Source: Candidatus Magasanikiibacteriota bacterium
GTDB lineage: Bacteria; Patescibacteriota; Patescibacteriia; Magasanikbacterales; GWA2-37-8
Assembly (NCBI GenBank): GCA_026396515.1
Contig: JAPLWQ010000003.1
Coordinates: 163,569 to 227,568, forward strand
Reading direction: 5' to 3'
Length of the DNA stretch: 64,000 nucleotides
Each line of letters opens with the position of its first letter. Positions within the stretch are counted from its first letter, which is position 1. The notes under the pieces were generated by a model, which was not told the origin of the DNA, made no database searches, and saw only the letters and a list, made by a program, of their open reading frames with translations. Both the position numbers and the translations under genes were made by a program. This document shows positions 28,984-38,581 of the stretch, one piece after another.

Positions 28984-29445
28984 ATGAAAGTCATACTACT
29001 TGCCAAAGTCGCAGGACTCGGCGAAATTGATGATATAAAGGAAGTGGCTGAAGGGTATGCGGTAAATTTTCTGTTTCCGCGCCATTTGGCTGTTTTGGCG
29101 TCTACGAAATCAGTAAGTGAACTGAACGCCGATAAACGCCGCAAGGCAAAGGAGGAAGAGACGGACCTCAAAACGCAGCAATCGATGGCCAGCCGGCTCG
29201 ATGGCCTGCCGGTGACTTTCACCGAAAAGACCAATGAAGCCGGTTTTTTGTATGCCGGGGTTGGGGCGCAAAAAATCTTTGATTCGCTGAAGAAGCTGGG
29301 TTTCGAAATAGATAAAAATAGAATTTCCGTAAATTTAATAAAAGAACCGGGTGAATATAGCGCGACAATTAAATTAAGACACGGTCTGGAAGCGAAAATT
29401 CACGTTATAGTTAATTCTATAAAAAATAACGAGGGACAAGTATGA
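28984..29445 (+). CDS. rplI: 50S ribosomal protein L9
   Basis: MKVILLxxVxxLGxxGDxxxVxxGYAxNFLxPxxLA N-terminal signature. Confidence 0.9.
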   Translation: MKVILLAKVAGLGEIDDIKEVAEGYAVNFLFPRHLAVLASTKSVSELNADKRRKAKEEETDLKTQQSMASRLDGLPVTFTEKTNEAGFLYAGVGAQKIFDSLKKLGFEIDKNRISVNLIKEPGEYSATIKLRHGLEAKIHVIVNSIKNNEGQV

Positions 29446-31073
29446 AAACCAAGTATATATTTGTCATCGGCGGAGTAATGAGCGGAGTGGGAAAGGGGAT
29501 AACAGTTGCTTCCATCGGCCGTATTCTTGCCAACCGCGGCATGCGAGTATCAGCGATCAAGATTGATCCGTACATAAATATCGACGCCGGTACGATGAAT
29601 CCGATTGAACATGGCGAAGTATTTGTAACCAACGACGGTGATGAGACAGATCAGGATATTGGCAACTATGAACGTTTTTTGGATACGGATGTAAATTCTT
29701 CCAATTACATGACTACCGGACGAGTGTACCAAAGTGTGATTCAGAAGGAGAGAAGCATGGGGTACAAGGGTCGTTGTGTGCAGGTGGTGCCGCACATTCC
29801 TTTGGAAGTTATCGGGCGCATTAAGAATGCTTCAAAAAAGGCAAATGCGGATGTGATGATTATTGAAATCGGCGGCACTGTCGGCGAATATGAAAATATC
29901 TTATTTTTAGAAGCGGCCCGCATGATGAAGCTTGATGATCCTGATGGAGTAATTTTTGTATTGGTTAGCTATTTGCCGGTGCCGGGCCATTTGGGCGAAA
30001 TGAAAACCAAACCGACTCAGCACGCGTCCAGAACACTGAATAATTCCGGTTTACAGGCGGATATTGTGATTGCCCGCGGGCATGAAGTACTGGATGAGCC
30101 GAGGCGCGAGAAGCTGGCTTTTTTCTGTTCCCTGCGCTCCAAGGACGACATTATTCCGGCTCCGGATGTACGCAATATTTATGAAATACCGTACAATTTT
30201 GAAAAATATAATTTAAGCAAGATCATCGCTAAAAAATTGAAGCTTCGGTTAAAAGAAAAGGATGGCTCAATGTGGGCGAATTTTATCAAAAAGATGCGAA
30301 CGGCGGATAAAAAGATTAAAGTGGCGGTAATTGGTAAATACTTCGGCACCGGCAATTACACTTTATCCGATTCTTATATTTCAGTGATTGAAGCGATAAA
30401 AACCGCCGCTTGGTATAATGGGGCGATACCGGAATTGACTTGGATTGATTCGGAAAAATATGAGCGTGACTCTAAACGGCTAAAGGAGCTTTCCGGCTTC
30501 AACGCGATTGTTGTGCCGGGCGGATTTGGCACGCGCGGAGTTGAAGGGGTAATTGCTGCGATTAAATATGCACGCGAAAAGAAGATTCCCTATTTGGGGT
30601 TGTGTTATGGCATGCAGCTTGCGGCGATTGAGTTTGCGCGACATGTACTTCACTACAAAGACGCGCATACGGTTGAGTGCAACCCGATCAGTTCCAATAT
30701 TATTATTCAGGTGAATCCCAATCAGGCAAAAAATATTCAGGAGGCGAAATACGGCGGCACTATGCGCCTGGGTGCATATGGCTGTACTTTGAAAAAGGGG
30801 AGCCAGGTTCGCAAACTTTATGGGGCGGATAAAATAAGCGAACGCCATCGACACCGTTTTGAATTTAACAACAAATACCGCGATGAGTTGGATAAGGCGG
30901 GTATGAAAATTGTCGGTGTGAACAATGAATCAAATCTGGTTGAAATTATTGAATTGAAAGACCACCCATTTTTTGTCGGCTCGCAGTTTCATCCTGAATT
31001 TAATTCGCGACCGCTTCGTCCGCATCCGTTGTTTATGGGGCTGATCAAAGCGGCAGTGAACAGAAAAAAATAG
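29442..31073 (+). CDS. pyrG: CTP synthase
   Basis: KYIFVTGGVxSxxGKG synthetase N-terminus. GATase C-domain with GxCxGMQ and HRHRYE. Confidence 0.95.
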   Translation: MKTKYIFVIGGVMSGVGKGITVASIGRILANRGMRVSAIKIDPYINIDAGTMNPIEHGEVFVTNDGDETDQDIGNYERFLDTDVNSSNYMTTGRVYQSVIQKERSMGYKGRCVQVVPHIPLEVIGRIKNASKKANADVMIIEIGGTVGEYENILFLEAARMMKLDDPDGVIFVLVSYLPVPGHLGEMKTKPTQHASRTLNNSGLQADIVIARGHEVLDEPRREKLAFFCSLRSKDDIIPAPDVRNIYEIPYNFEKYNLSKIIAKKLKLRLKEKDGSMWANFIKKMRTADKKIKVAVIGKYFGTGNYTLSDSYISVIEAIKTAAWYNGAIPELTWIDSEKYERDSKRLKELSGFNAIVVPGGFGTRGVEGVIAAIKYAREKKIPYLGLCYGMQLAAIEFARHVLHYKDAHTVECNPISSNIIIQVNPNQAKNIQEAKYGGTMRLGAYGCTLKKGSQVRKLYGADKISERHRHRFEFNNKYRDELDKAGMKIVGVNNESNLVEIIELKDHPFFVGSQFHPEFNSRPLRPHPLFMGLIKAAVNRKK

Positions 31074-31077
31074 CAAC

Positions 31078-31106
31078 TAAAAAAGCGCCCCAAAGGCGCT
31101 TTTTTG
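31078..31106. terminator. Bidirectional terminator (A-tract, agcgcc-ccaaa-ggcgct, T-tract)
   Basis: Direct reading. Lies between convergent pyrG and the sugar transferase. Confidence 0.8.
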
Positions 31107-31109
31107 ATT

Positions 31110-32498
31110 TTATCTGCCGGCCATTCTTCCCAAAATATTAAACGTTCGAAGGATAATCGCGGCATCAAGAAGTAGGCCGCGATTTTTTAAATAGTATAAA
31201 TCGTATTCCAGTTTGCGCAGGTTTTCTTCGATCGTGCCATAATATGATTTCTGAATCTGCCCCCAGCCGGTCAGGCCCGGTTTAATCAGATGTCGCAATG
31301 CGTAATAAGGCATCTGTGCGGTGAGTTGTAGCACAAATTCAAGCCGTTCCGGCCTTGGTCCGATTAAACTCATTTCATTTTTGAAAATATTTATAAACTG
31401 CGGCAGTTCGTCCAGGCGGGTTTTGCGCAAGAAACGGCCTATAAACGTTATTCTCTGATCGTTTTCAGAAGCAAATTGCGCGCCGTTAATTTCCGCACTG
31501 CCGTCTTTAGATAGCGCCAACATGGTGCGGTACTTATAAATTTTAAATGCAAGGCTATTTCTGCCGACCCTATCCTGAATAAAGAATATCGGTCCGGAAG
31601 ATGTCAGCTTAATTACGAGGGCGATTATCGGGAAGGTCACGGCAAAAACTGCGCCCATTATTACTGCAAACAGGAAATCAATAATTGTTTTAAATCTGTC
31701 ATATACTTTTTTGTCCTGCTCCTGCAAGTTCGCTAAAAACCATGATTCGGAAAAAGTGGAAGGAGGGATGCGTTTCATTATTTCTTCATAAAATTGTACG
31801 AAGTTGACGACACTGACCTGGCGGAAAAGCTGTTGATAGAGTTCTTTGGCGATGTCCAAATTCTGTGCCATTGACGGCGCGACGATAATTAAGTTGATCG
31901 GCTTGTTTTGTTTTTTGGACAGGGCGCCTAAACTCTCAGCAACAGGATATTTTTCAAATCCTGGCAAGCTGGCCTGCAGCACTTCTTCACCCCCCTTTAT
32001 TACCCCGACAATTTCATATCCAATTTCAGGTTCATTTTCTAATTTTTTAATCAACTCAAGAGCCTCCTTCGGCAATCCGACGAATACGATGTTGGTTTTT
32101 AAAATTGACTTTGACAAAAATTTATTATGTAGCGCTCTCCAGGCGGAAATAAATATCGTACCGATAGCCGCGCATAGAAGCATTATTGTTTTTGGCTTTG
32201 CTTCGGTCTGCGCGCTCAAATAGAAATATATCATCCCGGCAACGAGCCATATGGCCATTGCCACAAATATTTTTTGAAAAAAAGGCCAACGGTTTTTTGA
32301 TTGGCCGATATCGTAAAGGCCGACAATAAAAAAAATTACCGCGGCAACAACAAACAGCCGTGTCATCGGAGCGAATAGAATATTCCATTGACTGATAGGT
32401 AATTCCAGAAAACGCAGCCATAAAGCGGCAAATAGCGCCGCGTAAAGGGCCAGCCAATCGCCTATGAGCAATGTGAGTTGTTTAATGCGGTAAAACAT
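31110..32498 (-). CDS. Polyprenyl-phosphate hexose-1-phosphate transferase (bacterial sugar transferase, WbaP/WcaJ-like initiating enzyme)
   Basis: Four or five N-terminal TM helices. C-terminal Bac_transf core (PIFxQxRxGxxGxxFxxYKFRTM...DELPQ...GxMSLVGPRP). Confidence 0.85.
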   Translation of the reverse strand: MFYRIKQLTLLIGDWLALYAALFAALWLRFLELPISQWNILFAPMTRLFVVAAVIFFIVGLYDIGQSKNRWPFFQKIFVAMAIWLVAGMIYFYLSAQTEAKPKTIMLLCAAIGTIFISAWRALHNKFLSKSILKTNIVFVGLPKEALELIKKLENEPEIGYEIVGVIKGGEEVLQASLPGFEKYPVAESLGALSKKQNKPINLIIVAPSMAQNLDIAKELYQQLFRQVSVVNFVQFYEEIMKRIPPSTFSESWFLANLQEQDKKVYDRFKTIIDFLFAVIMGAVFAVTFPIIALVIKLTSSGPIFFIQDRVGRNSLAFKIYKYRTMLALSKDGSAEINGAQFASENDQRITFIGRFLRKTRLDELPQFINIFKNEMSLIGPRPERLEFVLQLTAQMPYYALRHLIKPGLTGWGQIQKSYYGTIEENLRKLEYDLYYLKNRGLLLDAAIILRTFNILGRMAGR

Positions 32499-32547
32499 AA
32501 TCCGTTTCCAAGAGGAATGATTTAGTGTATAATTAGGGCAGTATTTT

Positions 32548-34476
32548 ATGCATAAATCCTACATTATTTCCGGAAAAAAATCAATCGTTTGGCTGGTGGC
32601 CGGCCTATTTTTGTTTTTAGCCGTTCCGGCCATGGCCAGCACCTCTTTAGATCCTGAATTTGCGCGGCAGGCGCCAGTTTTCAAACAAATTAATGCAGCC
32701 GCTGCCTGGAACTATACTACGGGCTCACCGGAAATTGTTGTGGCTGTTTTGGACACCGGAGTGGATATCGGGCACCCGGATTTAGCGAAGAATATTTGGA
32801 CCAATGAACATGAAATACCCGGCAACGGGATTGACGATGATGGTAATGGGTATATTGATGATGTTCACGGTTGGAATTTTATTGATAAAAATAACAATGT
32901 TGACGCCTCCACAGAGGCGACCTTTTTTGGCATAGAGACCATTTCGCACGGAACGGTTATCGCCGGTTTGATCGGCGCGATCGGTGATAATAACCAGTTC
33001 GGCGCCGGAGTGAATTGGCAGGTTAAAATTATGCCAATACGGGCTATCGATAACTACGGTTCCGGTTCGTATGAAGACTTGGCCAAGGCGGTGGATTATG
33101 CCGCGTCCAATGGAGCTGACATTATAAGTTTGAGTTTTGTCGGCAGCGCAGATGAAGCAATTCTCTATGAAGCATTGCGCCGCGCCTATACGAAAAATGT
33201 ATTAATTGTCGTTGCAGCCGGAAATGAAGGATTATCGGTAAACGGCAATATAGGCGAAAATTTTTTATACCCCATCTGCTACCCGGACCCGGAAAAAGAA
33301 AATTGGATTTTAGGCGTCACTGCCGTTGATCAATCGGATAAGCTGAGCGGGTTTGCCAATTATGGCGGTTGCGTGGATATTTCCGCACCGGGCGAAAATA
33401 TATTTAGCACCATCAAGCGCACTGCTGACAATAATAATCTCGGTTTCACCGGCCCATGGAAGGGTACGTCATTCGCTACTCCGCTGGTGGCCGGAGCAGC
33501 CGCCTTGGTAAAATCAGTGCAACCCGATTGGGGGCCAAAAAAGCTGATTTCAACTTTGCTGGCGTCTGTTGATAATATTGATAAGGCCAATCCCAATTTT
33601 CTTGGCCGATTTGGTTATGGCCGGTTAAATGTGGGGGCGGCGGTAAAAATCGCAATTAAAGAGAAATTATTAACCGGGCCATTCGCCAATATTTGCTATC
33701 CCGCAGCAGGCCAAATTTATTGTCATAGTTTGTACGATAATAAATCAGCGCCAATTGTTGATTTAAAAACCGGTCTCGTGACGATTGACAGCTCTGACCG
33801 TGAGCTGATTGCCGCACTGGTAAAAGAAAAAAATAATTTTACGATTAAAACTATTTTTAAAACTGGCGTTATTAATTCCGGTTGGGCTCTTGAACAAGGT
33901 ATAAATTTTAATCTCGTCAGAGTTGCGTCTGTTAATGGTGAAAAATTTGTTTACGTTGCGGGTTATGATGTGAAGGGCAAGCGGACTAAGATTATTTCTT
34001 TTTCTATAGAAGGGAAGCGTCAAATATCCTGGTGGGCTGCGGGACGGGTAGATACTTTCGATGTTAATGATAACGGCCGCATATTTATTGCGGGTATTAA
34101 AAATGGAAGATTAATTGTTGAGGATTACGATTTTCTCGGCAACTTTCAGAAGAAGTTTGATCTTGGCGGTGCGACGAGAGCCGATGATATATCGGTCGGC
34201 AATTTTACGGATACGGATATTGGCAGTGATGAACAAATAGCGGTAATTTCACGGCGCGGCTTAGACGCTTATCGGTTGATTGTTTATCCGGAAAGCGGCG
34301 GGTATTTGACCGAACGCCTGGCTGATACTAAGGAAAAATGGTCAATACTCACGGCTGATTACAATTACGATGGAGCGACGGATCTGTTGTTGTACAATAA
34401 TGGCGGCGGAATATTTAATATTGTCTCAGGCAAAGGAAATGTGCTAAAATCAGTGCAGTTGCCGCGCCTTAAATAG
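32548..34476 (+). CDS. Secreted S8 (subtilisin-like) serine peptidase with a C-terminal FG-GAP-like repeat domain
   Basis: Signal peptide. Asp/His/Ser triad contexts (VAVLDTGVD, HGTVIAG, GTSFATPLVAGAAAL). C-terminal repeats with DxNxDGxxD-like motifs. Confidence 0.85.
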   Translation: MHKSYIISGKKSIVWLVAGLFLFLAVPAMASTSLDPEFARQAPVFKQINAAAAWNYTTGSPEIVVAVLDTGVDIGHPDLAKNIWTNEHEIPGNGIDDDGNGYIDDVHGWNFIDKNNNVDASTEATFFGIETISHGTVIAGLIGAIGDNNQFGAGVNWQVKIMPIRAIDNYGSGSYEDLAKAVDYAASNGADIISLSFVGSADEAILYEALRRAYTKNVLIVVAAGNEGLSVNGNIGENFLYPICYPDPEKENWILGVTAVDQSDKLSGFANYGGCVDISAPGENIFSTIKRTADNNNLGFTGPWKGTSFATPLVAGAAALVKSVQPDWGPKKLISTLLASVDNIDKANPNFLGRFGYGRLNVGAAVKIAIKEKLLTGPFANICYPAAGQIYCHSLYDNKSAPIVDLKTGLVTIDSSDRELIAALVKEKNNFTIKTIFKTGVINSGWALEQGINFNLVRVASVNGEKFVYVAGYDVKGKRTKIISFSIEGKRQISWWAAGRVDTFDVNDNGRIFIAGIKNGRLIVEDYDFLGNFQKKFDLGGATRADDISVGNFTDTDIGSDEQIAVISRRGLDAYRLIVYPESGGYLTERLADTKEKWSILTADYNYDGATDLLLYNNGGGIFNIVSGKGNVLKSVQLPRLK

Positions 34477-34550
34477 GCGTGTTTTGTTCACTTGCCTAAG
34501 ACAGTAATTTTTGTTAAAATAGTACGGATTTATATAATAGTTTTGCATTT

Positions 34551-35573
34551 ATGGATACCCCAATTTTTGAGAAAAAAAATGTCATTGTCACGGGCGGTGC
34601 CGGTTTTATCGGTTCGCACTTATGCGAGCGGCTGTTAAAGGAGGCCAAAGTCATCTGTATCGATGATTTTTCCAATTCCGACCCCACGAATATCAACCAT
34701 CTTTTGCAGTATCCGGATTTTGAGTTTATTAATCTTGATGTGTCAAAGTCGCTCGACTTAGATCAGTATGAAGAATTGAATAAATTTAAAATTAAGTTTC
34801 AGGGCGTTCAGGAGATTTACCATTTGGCATGTCCTACCAGCCCGAAGGACTTTGAGAGTTTAAAAATGCAAACTCTGGCTGCGAATTCAACCGCCATGTT
34901 CAATACTTTGGATTTAGCGGTAAAGTATCGTGCTAAATACATATTTGCCTCAAGCTCGGTTATCTATGGTGATGCCACAGAGGAAAGAAACCGTTTTAAG
35001 GAATCCGATCAGGGTGTGGTTGATCATCTTTCACCGCGCGCGTGCTATGATGAAGGGAAGAGATTTGCCGAAGCCGCCGTGGAGACATATCACCAGGTGC
35101 ATGGAGTAGATGCGAAAATAGCGCGGATATTTACTACTTTTGGGCCTCGCATGCGTTTGTTTCAGGGCCTGCTTATTCCGGATTTTATCGTTGATGCGAT
35201 GGAAGGAAAAGATTTGGTTGTTTACGGAGATGAATCTTTTTCCACCTCTCTCTGCTACGTGGATGACCTGGTGACCGGGTTGACGAAGCTGATGTCATCG
35301 GATCCGGAAATTAAAGTGGCGAATTTCGGCGATGATAAAATCGTTCGAATTGTTGATGTGGCAAACATGATTATTAAGATGATGAATTCCACATCTAAAG
35401 TCACATTCGAAAAGAGTTTGCTGTTTTTAACAAAAAAAGGAGCTGCAGACTTAACCTTTGTTAAAGAAGCGCTCGGCTGGATGCCGCTCGTACGTCTGGA
35501 AGACGGTTTGGAAAAAACCATTGAATTTGTCGTGGCTAATAAAGAGGCGCTGCTTTTTAACCACAATCGTTAA
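34551..35573 (+). CDS. NAD-dependent nucleotide-sugar epimerase/dehydratase (SDR superfamily)
   Basis: TGGAGFIGSHL Rossmann motif and catalytic YxxxK region. UDP-GlcA decarboxylase or 4-epimerase-like. Confidence 0.8.
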   Translation: MDTPIFEKKNVIVTGGAGFIGSHLCERLLKEAKVICIDDFSNSDPTNINHLLQYPDFEFINLDVSKSLDLDQYEELNKFKIKFQGVQEIYHLACPTSPKDFESLKMQTLAANSTAMFNTLDLAVKYRAKYIFASSSVIYGDATEERNRFKESDQGVVDHLSPRACYDEGKRFAEAAVETYHQVHGVDAKIARIFTTFGPRMRLFQGLLIPDFIVDAMEGKDLVVYGDESFSTSLCYVDDLVTGLTKLMSSDPEIKVANFGDDKIVRIVDVANMIIKMMNSTSKVTFEKSLLFLTKKGAADLTFVKEALGWMPLVRLEDGLEKTIEFVVANKEALLFNHNR

Positions 35574-35576
35574 TTT

Positions 35577-36239
35577 ATGATCGTTGTTGTTGTTCCGGCT
35601 TATAATGAAGAAAAGAAAATTGGTCGCGTTGTACGCGGCCTTTTTGAACATGGCTATGAGAAGGTGGTTGTGGTTGACGATGGTTCGTCCGACGAGACCG
35701 GCAAACTCGCCGCTGAAGCCGGAGCTTTGGTGGTTTGCCATGCACTGAATCGCGGGCAAGGTGCCGCACTACGAACCGGCAACCAGTTTGCCCTGCGAAT
35801 CGGAGCCGAAATAATTGTGCACTTTGACGCTGATGGCCAGTTTAATCCCTCGGACATTGCCGGCGCCGTGCGTTTGATGCGTGAAAAATCTCTCGATGCC
35901 GTGCTTGGCTCAAGATTTTTGGACGAGCGGTCTAGAATTCCGTGGCTTAAAAAATATTTGATACTACCGTTTGCACGGATAGTTAACCGGCTGATAACCG
36001 GCATCTGGCTAACGGATGCGCACAATGGATTTCGCGTACTGAGTCGTGCTGCGGCGGAAAAACTCGTAATTCATCAGGATGGTATGGCGCATAATTCGGA
36101 AATTGTTTCTAAAATTGGAAAGAATAAAATGAAATTTCAGGAGATACCGGTTGAGGTGGTTTACCATGAATATGGCCAGGGGATACGCGGAGGCCTTAAA
36201 GTGCTGACTGATATATTTATTTCCAAATTATTTAAATAG
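35577..36239 (+). CDS. GT2 glycosyltransferase (polyprenol-phosphate sugar synthase-like, DPM1/GtrB type)
   Basis: VVVPAYNEE...VVVDDGSSDET...DAD motifs. About 220 aa. Confidence 0.85.
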   Translation: MIVVVVPAYNEEKKIGRVVRGLFEHGYEKVVVVDDGSSDETGKLAAEAGALVVCHALNRGQGAALRTGNQFALRIGAEIIVHFDADGQFNPSDIAGAVRLMREKSLDAVLGSRFLDERSRIPWLKKYLILPFARIVNRLITGIWLTDAHNGFRVLSRAAAEKLVIHQDGMAHNSEIVSKIGKNKMKFQEIPVEVVYHEYGQGIRGGLKVLTDIFISKLFK

Positions 36240-36244
36240 CAATT

Positions 36245-36583
36245 ATGACATTGATTCAAATAATTTTATTGGTGGTTTTTTTAGCGGGTGCGTTAAGTTC
36301 AGTTATCAGATTTAAACGCGGAGATATCAGGCCGTCCGAGCTTATTTTATGGATACTATTCTGGCTTTCCGCCGGTGCAGTAGTCGCCTGGCCGGACGCC
36401 ACATTCTATTTTGCAAAAATATTCGGTATCGGGCGCGGCGCTGACCTGATTGTCTATTTGGCTCTGGTGTTATTATTTTTTCTGGTTTTTCGTCTGATAA
36501 TATCCGTGGAAAAGCAAAGGCGCGAGATCACCATTCTCACGCGCCTGATGGCATTAAAAAATGTTGACGATAAAAAAGAATAA
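36245..36583 (+). CDS. DUF2304 small membrane protein (GT2 partner)
   Basis: Three TM helices. 112 aa. Immediately follows the DPM1-like GT2, as is typical for DUF2304. Confidence 0.6.
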   Translation: MTLIQIILLVVFLAGALSSVIRFKRGDIRPSELILWILFWLSAGAVVAWPDATFYFAKIFGIGRGADLIVYLALVLLFFLVFRLIISVEKQRREITILTRLMALKNVDDKKE

Positions 36584-36588
36584 TTATT

Positions 36589-37458
36589 ATGGCAGATAGA
36601 TTCAGCGCCTATTGGATTTCCCACACCTCGATTAGTGATTTTTTGTGCTGCCCGCGGGCGTATTATCTAAAAAATGTTTATCGCGATCCGAAAAATAATC
36701 ACAAAATCAAACTGATGAGTCCGCCTCTGGCGCTCGGTCAGTGCGTGCATGAAGTATTGGAATCGCTTTCCACGTTGCCGCGCAATCGCCGGCTTGATGT
36801 GTCCCTGGTAAAGAAATTTGATTCGTCATGGGAAAAAGTGTCAGGAAAAAGAGGAGGTTTTTTCAATGAAGAAATGGAATATAGATACAAAACGCGTGGC
36901 CAAAACATGATGCGCCGGGTGTTGCAGAACCCGGGGCCGATAGCCGAACTTTCAGTTAAGATCAACATGGACTTGCCGTATTATTGGCTTTCCGAAGAAG
37001 ACAATCTGATTTTATGCGGGAAAATTGACTGGTTGGAATATTTTCCGGAAACGGACAGCGTCCATATTATCGATTTTAAAACGGGCAAAAGCGAAGAAGA
37101 CCCGGCATCATTGCAGTTGCCGATATATCATTTATTGGTTCATAATTGTCAAAAAAGAAAGGCGTCAAAAGCCAGTTATTGGTATCTTGATTATAGCGAC
37201 GAGCCGACAGAAAAAATATTGCCTAATCTTGATGAATGTCATGAAAAGGTTTTGGCCGTGGGAAGAGATGTAAAATTAGCGCGCCAGATTGAAAGATATA
37301 AATGTCCGGCAGGCGAAAACGGCTGTTCGGCTTGCCGCCCGTTTGAGATGATATTTAACAGAGAGGCGGAGTTTGTGGCGACAGATCAGTATAGCGGTGA
37401 TGTATATGTTTTGCCGAATGCCGATGCCGATGAAGATCGCGATGGTACTATTTTATAA
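36589..37458 (+). CDS. Cas4-like PD-(D/E)XK nuclease with Fe-S Cys4 (one N-terminal Cys plus C-x6-C-x2-C at the C-terminus); solo, no CRISPR context
   Basis: Motif GKIDWLE (motif II Asp), IIDFKTGK (D-x-K), QCVHEVLE (QhxxY-like). Cys at LCCPRAYY and CPAGENGCSAC. Confidence 0.55.
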   Translation: MADRFSAYWISHTSISDFLCCPRAYYLKNVYRDPKNNHKIKLMSPPLALGQCVHEVLESLSTLPRNRRLDVSLVKKFDSSWEKVSGKRGGFFNEEMEYRYKTRGQNMMRRVLQNPGPIAELSVKINMDLPYYWLSEEDNLILCGKIDWLEYFPETDSVHIIDFKTGKSEEDPASLQLPIYHLLVHNCQKRKASKASYWYLDYSDEPTEKILPNLDECHEKVLAVGRDVKLARQIERYKCPAGENGCSACRPFEMIFNREAEFVATDQYSGDVYVLPNADADEDRDGTIL

Positions 37459-37465
37459 TAATATA

Positions 37466-38581
37466 ATGAAAATTGCGCATTTAGTATCAACATTTCCGCC
37501 GCATATAGGCGGTATGGGAGCGGTTTGCTACGAAGAGGTAAACCGTATGACAACCGGAAACGAAGTGTCTGTTTTTACGTTGAAATATCCGGGAGTGAAA
37601 TATAATGATAATGATTTTGGATTTTCTGTCCGCCGACTCAGGCCGATGTCGAAAGTCGGCGATGGAGGAATAATTTTCGGTTTGCCGAATTTTCTGCGAG
37701 GCTTTGATATTGTACATTTGCATTATCCGTTTTACGGCGCCTTGGGGTCGCTCGTTAAGGCCAAAAAGCTTCTTGGTTTCAAGCTGGTTGTCACCTACCA
37801 TATGGATCCGCAGGGCAGCGGCTTCAAAGGGGCTTTACAAAAGATTTATGATTCAATGTATTCCAGAAAGATATTCGCATTAGCTGATAAGATTATTGCC
37901 GTGGATGCCGATTATTTTAATAAATCAAAATTTGGGCGTTACATCGGAAAAGAAAAGATTATTTTTCTACCCAACGGAGTAGACACATACGAATTCAGCG
38001 GGCAGGAAGGGGATTGGTCTGCGCTGGGAAGGCCGGAGTTGATTGGTAAAAAAGTCATCCTATTTGTCGGTAATCTTTTACCCGTTAAGAATTTCGAATT
38101 CTTAATTAATTTATTGCCGAAATTACAGGACAACATAATACTTATGGCAGTGGGCGGCGGATATGATGAAGAAAGACTAAAAAAAATAACGGCCGGTACG
38201 CCGTATGAAAATCGTATTGTCTTTATTGGCTCCGGCGTCTCACGGAATGATTTGCCTAAATATTATTCTTACGCCGACCTGGTGGCCGTTCCGTCTCTTT
38301 CAGAATCATTTTCATTGGTGGTAGTCGAGGCGATGTCTTGCGGTGCAATAGTGCTCGCGAGTGATGTTGCGGGAATCCGCAGGCGTATTGTGAATGGCGC
38401 TAATGGATTTTTATCACCGTTAAATGACGCGTTGGCTTGGAAAGATGGTATTGAACGGATATTGTCATTAGGCAAAGAGGAAAAAAAAATTATTAAGGGA
38501 AGAGCTCGGGAAAGGGCGCTTCAATATGATTGGAACAATCATATTTTTTCTTTGAGTGAGGTGTACCGCGCTTTAATATGA
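37466..38581 (+). CDS. GT4 family glycosyltransferase (GT-B fold)
   Basis: N-terminal MKIAHLVSTFPPHIGGMG. C-terminal EsfxxxxxEAMACGxPVxASxxGG motif region. Start moved to the internal ATG. The upstream part of ORF 37373 overlaps the preceding gene. Confidence 0.8.
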   Translation: MKIAHLVSTFPPHIGGMGAVCYEEVNRMTTGNEVSVFTLKYPGVKYNDNDFGFSVRRLRPMSKVGDGGIIFGLPNFLRGFDIVHLHYPFYGALGSLVKAKKLLGFKLVVTYHMDPQGSGFKGALQKIYDSMYSRKIFALADKIIAVDADYFNKSKFGRYIGKEKIIFLPNGVDTYEFSGQEGDWSALGRPELIGKKVILFVGNLLPVKNFEFLINLLPKLQDNIILMAVGGGYDEERLKKITAGTPYENRIVFIGSGVSRNDLPKYYSYADLVAVPSLSESFSLVVVEAMSCGAIVLASDVAGIRRRIVNGANGFLSPLNDALAWKDGIERILSLGKEEKKIIKGRARERALQYDWNNHIFSLSEVYRALI

